Origin: an uncultured Chloroflexia bacterium
GTDB taxonomy: Bacteria > Chloroflexota > Limnocylindria > Limnocylindrales > CSP1-4
Length of the DNA: 64,000 nt
Reading direction: 5' to 3'
NCBI GenBank assembly: GCA_963718085.1
Contig: CAVQYA010000001.1
Span: 196,811-260,810 of the forward strand
Part shown: positions 56,963-64,000 of the stretch, one piece after another
Layout of the letters: every line of letters starts with the position of its first letter
Numbering within the stretch: position 1 is the stretch's first letter
Notes under the pieces: model-generated
Seen by the model: the letters and a program-made list of their open reading frames with translations, nothing else
What the model was told of the DNA's origin: nothing
Databases searched by the model: none
Translations under genes and position numbers: made by a program

Positions 56963-57059
56963 TGCAATTCGCGGGGCGTCCCCCGGGGCTCGTCGCGTGG
57001 CGTCGTCTGGCGCTGATCCCGGACTGCGGCTCCCCGGCGGGACCGCCGCCGTCGGTGGC

Positions 57060-57917
57060 TCAGTAGCCCACCGAGGGCAGGTAGGCGCCCACCGGCTCCT
57101 GGTAGAGGCCGATCGTCATCATGTTCAGGACGAAGAAGACCCGCAGGCCATGGGCCAGGCTCCAGCGGAAGAGATCGGTGTTGGCCAGGGGGACGAGATA
57201 GCCCGGCGTGCCGAACTCCCGCGCGGCACCGATGAGCGCCTGTAGGTCGTCGGTGGTCTCGGCCACCGAGTGGGAGAAGTAGGTGATCCCCGTCGTGTAG
57301 CCGGTGATGCGCCCCAGGCGCTCCACGACGCCCAGGGCGCCGTCGGCGAGCGCGTCGCGCACCTCGCCGGCGCGGTCGTGCCCGTGCACCCGGACGCACA
57401 GGGCGTTGCAGGCATCCACGTCGGCCTTCGTCGCCGCCCGAACCGCGTAGCCGGGGAAGGCGAGGCCCAGGGGCTCCCCGTACATCGCCGCGAACGAGCC
57501 CCGGACGTCCATGCCGAGCTTCGCGTACAGGCTCAGGGAGCGGTTGTGGAAGGAGAGCTGGAGCAGCCGGACGCCCGGGGCACGTCGCTCGGCGGCCCGG
57601 GCGAGCATGGCGTCCATGAGCGCGCGGCCAACCCGACGATCCTGGGCCGCCGGATCGACGCTCACCGGCCCGATGGCCGAGATGATGGAGCGCTCGTCGA
57701 GGAAGCTGCTGCCGACGATGCGGCCGTCGCGTTCCGCGACGACGCCGTGGATGTCCGGATGGGCGATCAGCCAGCGGATGGGCCCGGTCGCCGCCTCGAT
57801 TGACGGGAAGTCCGGCGGGAAGCCGTGGCTCGTCGAGACCGTCGCGAACGCCTCGTAGCAGATGCGCCCGCACTCCTCCGCGTCGGCCGGCACCGCGGGG
57901 CGCAGCGTGAGGTCCAT
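57060..57917 (-). CDS. GNAT-family N-acetyltransferase (two-domain)
   Basis: Acetyl-CoA-binding-like …RRVGRALMDAMLARA… motif. Confidence 0.6.
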   Translation of the reverse strand: MDLTLRPAVPADAEECGRICYEAFATVSTSHGFPPDFPSIEAATGPIRWLIAHPDIHGVVAERDGRIVGSSFLDERSIISAIGPVSVDPAAQDRRVGRALMDAMLARAAERRAPGVRLLQLSFHNRSLSLYAKLGMDVRGSFAAMYGEPLGLAFPGYAVRAATKADVDACNALCVRVHGHDRAGEVRDALADGALGVVERLGRITGYTTGITYFSHSVAETTDDLQALIGAAREFGTPGYLVPLANTDLFRWSLAHGLRVFFVLNMMTIGLYQEPVGAYLPSVGY

Positions 57918-58129
57918 TCGCAGTCTCCGATCGCGGCTTCGTGAGCCATCAGGCGGCCCCTCTCCACCCGGGCCGATCGTAGCGGCGCGATCGCCGGCCA
58001 GTCAATGCGGCCAGATCCGCCGCGCGCCTGGACGATCACCCCCGCGCTGCCGCAGCGGACAGGTCCGTCGGCTGCGAGCCGGATGCCTCGCCGGTGCCGA
58101 GCTGTCTGCGCCGGTACCATTGACTTCCC

Positions 58130-61100
58130 GTGACGACCCTCGCCCCGAACGACTTCACCCACCTCCACGTCCACTCGGAGTTCTCCCTCCTCGACGGCCT
58201 CGGCCGGATCGGCGACCTCGTCGACGAGGCGGAGCGGCTCGGGTTCGACTCGCTCGCCCTGACCGACCATGGCGCCCTCTACGGCGCCGTCGCCTTCTAC
58301 CAGGCCGCCCGGGCCAAGGGGATCAAGCCGATCATCGGCGTGGAGACGTACGTCGCCCGCCGCTCGATGCGCGACCGCGAGGGCAAGGCGGACGCCCAGC
58401 CCTTCCACCTTGTCCTCCTGGCGAAGGACCTCGTCGGCTACCGGAACCTCTGCCGGCTCCTGACCGACGCCCACCTCGACGGCTACTACTACAAGCCGCG
58501 CATCGACCGGGAGCACCTGGCCCGCCACGCCGAAGGCCTGGTCGGCCTCTCCGCCTGCCTCAGTGGCGAGATCCCCAAGGCGCTCGAGGTCGACGACTGG
58601 GAGGCGGCCCGACGCCTCGCCGGCGAATACGGCGACATCTTCGGGAAGGGCAACTTCTTCCTGGAGCTGCAGGACCACGGGATTCCCGAGCAGGCCCGCC
58701 TCAACGGGCAGCTCCTCCGCCTGGCGCCGGCGGCCGGCCTCCCCCTCGTGACCACGAACGACCTCCATTACGTCCACAAGGCGCAGGCGGAGGCCCACGA
58801 CGTCCTGTTGTGCGTGGGGACCGGCAGCAACCTCGACACGCCCAACCGGATGAAGTTCGAGGGCGCCGAGTTCTACCTGAAGTCCGCGGCCCAGATGCTG
58901 GCCCTCTTCCCCGACCAGGTCGAGGCCCACCGGAACACGCGGCGGATCGCCGAGATGGTGGACCTGGAGCTGCCCCTCGGCCAGCTGCGGATCCCGCACT
59001 TCCCGGTGCCCGAGGGGGAGACCGTCGAGAGCTGGCTGCGGGCCGAATGCGAGCGCGGCCTGGCCCGCCGCTACGGCACCGTCACGCCGGAGCTCCAGGC
59101 GCGGCTGGACTACGAGCTCGGGACGATCACCCGGATGGAGTACTCGGGCTACTTCCTCATCGTGGCCGACTTCGTCCGCTTCGCCCGCGAGCAGGGGATC
59201 CAGACGACCTGCCGGGGAAGTGCCCCCGGGTCGATCGTCACCTACACCCTGGGGATCACCCCGGTCGACCCCATCCACTACCAGCTGCCGTTCGAGCGTT
59301 TCCTCAACCCGGACCGGGTCACGATGCCGGACATCGACGTCGACTTCGAGGACGGCCGGCGGGACGAGGTCATCAACTACGTCAGCCGCAAGTACGGCGC
59401 CGACCACGTCGCCCAGATCATCACCTTCGGCACGATGCTGGCCCGGGCGGCGATCCGCGACGTGGGCCGTGTCCTGGGGCACTCCTACGGCGACGTCGAC
59501 CGGATCGCCAAGGCGGTGCCGAACCAGCTCGGGATCCGGCTCGACGAGGCCATCCAGCTCAGCCCCGCGCTGAAGGAGATGCACGACGGGGACCCGGCGG
59601 TCCACCGGATCATCGACTTCGCGAAGCAGCTGGAGGGCGTGGCCCGCAACGCCTCGACCCACGCGGCCGGCGTCGTGATCAGCCGCGAGCCCCTGGCCGA
59701 GCTGATGCCGCTCCAGAAGGCGACCAACTCCGACGCCGCGATGACCCAGTACGAGATGCACGGGATCGAGGCGCTGGGGCTCCTCAAATTCGACTTCCTC
59801 GGCCTGTCGAACCTGACGATCCTGCGGGCCGCGGTGGACCGCATCCGCGAGCAGCGCGGCGTCGAGATCGACCTCGAGCGGATCCCCCTCGACGATCCGA
59901 CCACCTTCGCCCTCCTCGCCTCGGGCGAGACGACCGGCGTCTTCCAGCTGGAGTCGGCGGGGATGCGGCGCTACATTCGCGAGCTTCGCCCGACCTCGGT
60001 CTACGACCTCGCCGCCATGGTCGCCCTCTATCGCCCGGGGCCCATGGAGAACATCCCGGCCTACATCCGGCGCAAGCATGGCCAGGAGAAGGTGACGTAC
60101 CTCCACCCGCTCCTCGAGCCGTTCCTCGAGCGGACCCACGGGATCTTCGTCTACCAGGAGGACATCATGGCCGCCGCGACCGCCCTCGGTGGCTTCAGCG
60201 GCCCCGAGGCGGACACGCTCGGTTATGCCATCCGCAAGAAGAAGTCGAGCGTGCTGCGCTCGATGAAGGACCAGTTCGTGAGGCAGGCCGCCGAGCGCGG
60301 CGTGCTCCCGCACACGATCGACGCCGTCTTCAAGGCGTTCGAGCCCTTCGAGCGTTACGGCTTCAACAAGGCCCACGCCACCACCTACGGCCTCGTGGCC
60401 TACCAGACGGCGTACCTCAAGGCGAACTACACCGTCGAGTACATGGCCAGCGTCCTGACGGCCATCCGGGACACCGCCGAGAAGGTGGCCGCCGCCGTGG
60501 CCGAGTGCCGCCGGCTCGGCATCACCGTCCTGGCGCCCGACGTCCACGCCAGCCACCTGGAGTTCACCGTGGAGGGGCCGGCGATCCGCTTCGGGCTGCT
60601 GGCCGTGAAGAACGTGGGGCAGGGCGCCATCGAATTGATCATCGCGGCCCGCGAGAGCGAGGGCCCCTTCAGGTCGTTCGCCGACTTCTGCAACCGGATC
60701 GATCTCCGGCTGGTGAACAAGCGCGTGCTCGAGTCGCTCGCCAAGGTGGGAGCGCTCAACGCCTTCGGGCACCCCGCCCAGCTCCTCGTCGCTCTCGACG
60801 ACGTTCTCGCCGCGGCCCAGGCCGACCAGCGCGAGCGCGCCTCGGGCCAGATCAGCTTCTTCGACCTCGCGGCGGAGCCGGGCTCGCTCGAGGCAGCGCT
60901 CCCGGCGGCCACGGAGGTCCCCGTGCGCGAGCGCCTCCGCTGGGAGAAGGAGCTCCTGGGCCTCTACCTGTCGGATCATCCTCTCGGCGAGGTTGCCGAA
61001 CGGATCGGGAAGTTCGTGACCGCCTACTCGGGCGAGCTGAAGGACGAGACCCTCGAGGGCCAGCGGGTCGTCGTCGGCGGGGTCGTGACCGGCGTCCGGA

Positions 61101-62119
61101 TGGTGGTGACGAAGACGCGCTCGACCATGGCCGTGGCGACGCTCGAGGACCTCCAGGGCGCCGTCGAGGTGGTCATCTTCCCGAAGCTCTACGAGCAGAC
61201 CGGGCCGACCTGGCAGGAAGGCGCGATCCTGCTCGTCGCCGGCCGCATCGACCACCGGGGCGAAGAAGTTTCCCTGCTCGCCGACCTGGTGCGCGACTTC
61301 GATCTCGCGGCGACGGGCGGGGAGGAGGCCTTCGCAGCGGAGGTCGCGACCGCCGACAGGGGCCGGCCGCGGGGCCGTCCCGGCGCGAACGGCAACGGCA
61401 ACGGGCACGGGCAGGGCGCCGGTGCCGGGCAGGGGTCCGGCAGGGGCGCGCCGGGGCGGGCGCCGGCCCCGCCGCCGACCGCGGGCCCGCTCCGCCGGGA
61501 CGCGCCGCCGACCTCCGCCCCGGCTGACGCGAGCGGGGCGCCGCCGACCGCGGGCCCGCTCCGCCGGGACGCGCCGCCGACCTCCGCCCCGGCGGGCGCG
61601 GCCGGCGCGACGGCGCTCCCCGCGGTCCCTGGGCCCGTGTCCGCGGCCGTGCCCGTGTCCGCGGTCGTGCCCGCGTCGGCGCCTGAGCCCAGGCCAGGGT
61701 CGTCGGAGCCCGGGTCGCCGGAACCGGCCGGCCTCGAGGTCGCGGCCCCGGACCGCGAGGAAACGCCCCTTCCCGAAGAGGCGCGCGTGGCGGCGCTTGA
61801 CGCGGCCGCCGCTCCGACCGCGCCGCGAGAGGCCGGCCCGGACGGCCGCCTGCACGTCCGCTTCGCGGCCGGCATCCCGGCCGATGAGCTCCAGGCGGCG
61901 ATGGCCGAGGTCCGCGACGTCCTGCGCAACCGCCCCGGCGCCACGCGCGTCACGATCCACCTGCCGCAGGGAGCGGGACGCCCGGCCCTGCCGATGGAGC
62001 TGCGGGCCGGCGTCGCCTATGACGCCGAGCTGGCCGCCGAGGTGGCCCGCCGGCTGCGCGCGGGCCTCGTCGACCTGGCCCTCGCCTCAGATCCGGAGGG
62101 CCTCGCCCCCCCGGGGTGA
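58130..62119 (+). CDS. dnaE: DNA polymerase III alpha subunit with a ~170-aa Gly/Pro/Ala-rich insertion near the C-terminus
   Basis: PHP domain (HLHVHSEFSLLDG), the polymerase core, and an OB fold are all collinear with DnaE1. The insertion contains a 51-bp exact tandem repeat (PPTAGPLRRDAPPTSAPA ×2) at ~61470-61580. Confidence 0.9.
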   Translation: MTTLAPNDFTHLHVHSEFSLLDGLGRIGDLVDEAERLGFDSLALTDHGALYGAVAFYQAARAKGIKPIIGVETYVARRSMRDREGKADAQPFHLVLLAKDLVGYRNLCRLLTDAHLDGYYYKPRIDREHLARHAEGLVGLSACLSGEIPKALEVDDWEAARRLAGEYGDIFGKGNFFLELQDHGIPEQARLNGQLLRLAPAAGLPLVTTNDLHYVHKAQAEAHDVLLCVGTGSNLDTPNRMKFEGAEFYLKSAAQMLALFPDQVEAHRNTRRIAEMVDLELPLGQLRIPHFPVPEGETVESWLRAECERGLARRYGTVTPELQARLDYELGTITRMEYSGYFLIVADFVRFAREQGIQTTCRGSAPGSIVTYTLGITPVDPIHYQLPFERFLNPDRVTMPDIDVDFEDGRRDEVINYVSRKYGADHVAQIITFGTMLARAAIRDVGRVLGHSYGDVDRIAKAVPNQLGIRLDEAIQLSPALKEMHDGDPAVHRIIDFAKQLEGVARNASTHAAGVVISREPLAELMPLQKATNSDAAMTQYEMHGIEALGLLKFDFLGLSNLTILRAAVDRIREQRGVEIDLERIPLDDPTTFALLASGETTGVFQLESAGMRRYIRELRPTSVYDLAAMVALYRPGPMENIPAYIRRKHGQEKVTYLHPLLEPFLERTHGIFVYQEDIMAAATALGGFSGPEADTLGYAIRKKKSSVLRSMKDQFVRQAAERGVLPHTIDAVFKAFEPFERYGFNKAHATTYGLVAYQTAYLKANYTVEYMASVLTAIRDTAEKVAAAVAECRRLGITVLAPDVHASHLEFTVEGPAIRFGLLAVKNVGQGAIELIIAARESEGPFRSFADFCNRIDLRLVNKRVLESLAKVGALNAFGHPAQLLVALDDVLAAAQADQRERASGQISFFDLAAEPGSLEAALPAATEVPVRERLRWEKELLGLYLSDHPLGEVAERIGKFVTAYSGELKDETLEGQRVVVGGVVTGVRMVVTKTRSTMAVATLEDLQGAVEVVIFPKLYEQTGPTWQEGAILLVAGRIDHRGEEVSLLADLVRDFDLAATGGEEAFAAEVATADRGRPRGRPGANGNGNGHGQGAGAGQGSGRGAPGRAPAPPPTAGPLRRDAPPTSAPADASGAPPTAGPLRRDAPPTSAPAGAAGATALPAVPGPVSAAVPVSAVVPASAPEPRPGSSEPGSPEPAGLEVAAPDREETPLPEEARVAALDAAAAPTAPREAGPDGRLHVRFAAGIPADELQAAMAEVRDVLRNRPGATRVTIHLPQGAGRPALPMELRAGVAYDAELAAEVARRLRAGLVDLALASDPEGLAPPG

Positions 62120-62159
62120 CCAGGGCCGGAAGCTCCCGGCCCCCGGCTCCAGCGGGCGC

Positions 62160-62756
62160 TCATCCCCCAGGCCGCGCGCCCTCGCGGACGGCCCGTGCGG
62201 CGCGCACGACCGAGAGCTGGTCGCGGTGCTCCGTCCGGATGGCATCGAAGTCCGCCGGCTCGATCTGCATCTCGGCCGCAATCGCGTTGAGGACGGCGAT
62301 CTCCGGCGAGGAGATCTCGTCGTTCGCGGCGGCGACCAGGAAGCAGGCCCGCATGACGGCGAGGCGCTGGTCAGGCGTGGAGACCCGCATGAACTCACGG
62401 GTCACGAGGTAGTCCTCGGTCGAGCCGAAGAGGCGCGCCTGCTGGCGCGCGATCTCGACGACGATGACGGCCTCCGCCTCGGAGACGCCGCTCTGCTCGG
62501 CGAGGGTCCGTTGCATGAGGGCGATCTCCTCGGGCGAGATCGTCATGTCGGCGTTGGCCGCCCGGCTCACCACGTACGCGGCGCCGGCGAGGAGACGGGC
62601 GCGATCGGGCGGCATCGCCTCCAGACGCGCCACGATCCTGCGAACGGTCGCGGTCTCGTCGGCAGAGGGGGGAGCGGCCGGGTTGGCCGCGGCGTCGGCG
62701 GGCGCTCCGCTCGGCGGCGTCTCGGTTCCGCCGAAGAGGCGGCGCAGGAAGGACAT
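62160..62756 (-). CDS. TerB-like (tellurite-resistance TerB / DUF533-type) protein
   Basis: Repeated …ISPEEIALMQRTL… / …ISSPEIAVLNAIA… TerB-type helices. Confidence 0.55.
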   Translation of the reverse strand: MSFLRRLFGGTETPPSGAPADAAANPAAPPSADETATVRRIVARLEAMPPDRARLLAGAAYVVSRAANADMTISPEEIALMQRTLAEQSGVSEAEAVIVVEIARQQARLFGSTEDYLVTREFMRVSTPDQRLAVMRACFLVAAANDEISSPEIAVLNAIAAEMQIEPADFDAIRTEHRDQLSVVRAARAVREGARPGG

Positions 62757-63002
62757 GGTCGAAGGCTCCGTGGTCGTCGCGGGTCTGGATCCTGCGGAGC
62801 GTACCGCAGCACGGCCGGTCCTACGCCGTCAGTGGGGCCTTCGCCCGCGCCATGCGCCGACCCACCAACCGGCGCGTCCGACCCGGCCACGGGGGTCCCC
62901 GTCCCGCGCCACGCACCGACCCACCAACCGGCGCGTCCGACCCGGCCACCCCCCCCGGGCGACGCGCCAGCCCAGCCTGGCCGACGCTGCCGTTACGCGG
63001 GA

Positions 63003-63713
63003 TCAGGAATCCCGGGGTGAATCCCGGCGCGGCCCGCCCCCCAGGTCGAGCCCCAGCTGGTCGGGGGAGGGGAGCGGCGGGGGCGCATCGGGACGGCGGG
63101 TGTGCGAGCGTCGCCGGCCCTTCACACCCTCGGCGAGGAGGGGGGCGCCGACGACCGCCGCGAGTCGCTCCGCGAGCGGCCACCACTCGAACGAGTCGGT
63201 GATCTGTGAGGCGGGGATCGTGATCAGTCGCTCGGGGCGGACGAAGCGGGGGAGAACGTCGTCGAGAATTGCCTCGATCTCGTCGCGGAAGGAGTCGCTC
63301 GTGCTGCGGATCCCGTCCTCGCGCAGCGCGATGTCCGGCGTCAGGCGCACGACGAGGTCGTATGTCGAGCCCCACGCACGGACCAGCGGTTCCGCGGAGA
63401 ACCGGTCGGTCATCCCGCACGCACGAAGGTAGTAGGCGTAGTTGTCGACCGCGCCGCGGTCGGTGACGAGCACCTCGGCCTTCGGTGCCAGCTCCAGCTC
63501 CTGCCGGATCTGGCTGACGAGCACCCAGAGTTGGGCCTCGCCGGTCGCGGTCTCGTTGATTCCCAAGGGGTTGTCGCGGACCACCTCGCGCCCGAACTCC
63601 ACGGATCGGCCGGCGCGCTGGATGGTGTGGGCGAAGGCGTAGGCGGCCGTCGTCTTGCGGATCCCGTGGGAGCCGACGAAGGCGATCTTGGCGCGGCGGG
63701 GCCAGGCGGTCAC
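63003..63713 (-). CDS. P-loop NTPase (AAA_28 / NadR-kinase-like)
   Basis: Walker A KIAFVGSHGIRKTT. The low-complexity C-terminal tail may reflect another frameshift. Confidence 0.5.
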   Translation of the reverse strand: MTAWPRRAKIAFVGSHGIRKTTAAYAFAHTIQRAGRSVEFGREVVRDNPLGINETATGEAQLWVLVSQIRQELELAPKAEVLVTDRGAVDNYAYYLRACGMTDRFSAEPLVRAWGSTYDLVVRLTPDIALREDGIRSTSDSFRDEIEAILDDVLPRFVRPERLITIPASQITDSFEWWPLAERLAAVVGAPLLAEGVKGRRRSHTRRPDAPPPLPSPDQLGLDLGGGPRRDSPRDS

Positions 63714-63804
63714 CCGACGAGCGTACCGGGTTCGGCGGGCAGACGGGCGGCGGGCGGGCGGCGAGTGCGTCGGCAGTGAGCGGGCCGGCGCGGACCCGCG
63801 CGCG

Positions 63805-63860
63805 CCCTACGGGGCGCCGACGCCCTACGGGGCGCCGACGCCCTACGGGGCGCCGAGCGC
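63805..63860. repeat. Exact 18-bp tandem repeat CCCTACGGGGCGCCGACG ×3
   Basis: Seen directly, near the window edge. Its context is incomplete. Confidence 0.8.
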
Positions 63861-64000
63861 GTCGCTGAAGAATCCCGCGAGTCGGGTCTCGTACTCGGCC
63901 GTGGCGCAGTAGGCCGCCTCGACGTGGTGAGCACAGGGGACCATCCATGCTTCGTAGCCCGGCACGGACCGGGCCACGACCGCGGCGAGGTCGGTCCCCT

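Noticed and set aside
57767-61960. 1397-aa minus-strand ORF antisense to dnaE and 1221-aa plus-strand ORF 57862..61527 in another frame
   Set aside because: Low-complexity shadow ORFs. The DnaE frame (58130..62119) is unambiguous.

Overview
This 64-kb window has very high GC (about 70% or more) and looks like an Actinobacteria-type chromosomal segment. Core genes (groEL, a pcrA/uvrD-type helicase, ligA, gatC-gatA separated from gatB, dnaE, an LldD-type FMN-dependent dehydrogenase) are interleaved with accessory material. The accessory material includes: (i) a toxin-antitoxin/defence cluster (DUF433/DUF5615 pair, an AbrB-type antitoxin with a small toxin, a RhuM-Fic fusion, two AbiEi/AbiEii pairs, two COG1373 AAA+ ATPases, and an HTH regulator gene duplicated on a 586-bp near-identical direct repeat); (ii) two families of complex palindromic MITE/REP-like repeat elements, one of which flanks an 11-kb carbohydrate cassette (GGDEF, GH130, GH1, LacI, oligosaccharide ABC transporter) inserted between gatCA and gatB; (iii) a solitary Flp-type pilin gene with a large Cys/Trp-rich C-terminal repeat domain in a lower-GC islet; (iv) a BMP-family nucleoside ABC transporter with nucleoside hydrolase, and modA-modB with a MerR-TOBE regulator. 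Low-complexity Pro/Ala/Gly-rich insertions and exact tandem repeats occur inside pcrA, ligA, dnaE and GH130, and in a dense repeat array upstream of ligA. At least nine conserved genes (pcrA, ligA three times, gatA, PMT, abiEii, RhuM-Fic, the AbrB antitoxin, a COG3824 peptidase) are interrupted by single-base G/C indels. The affected genes are essential, so these are most likely sequencing or assembly artefacts rather than pseudogenes. Coordinates below use frame-corrected gene models where stated. Family calls come from reading the translated sequence only, with no database search.
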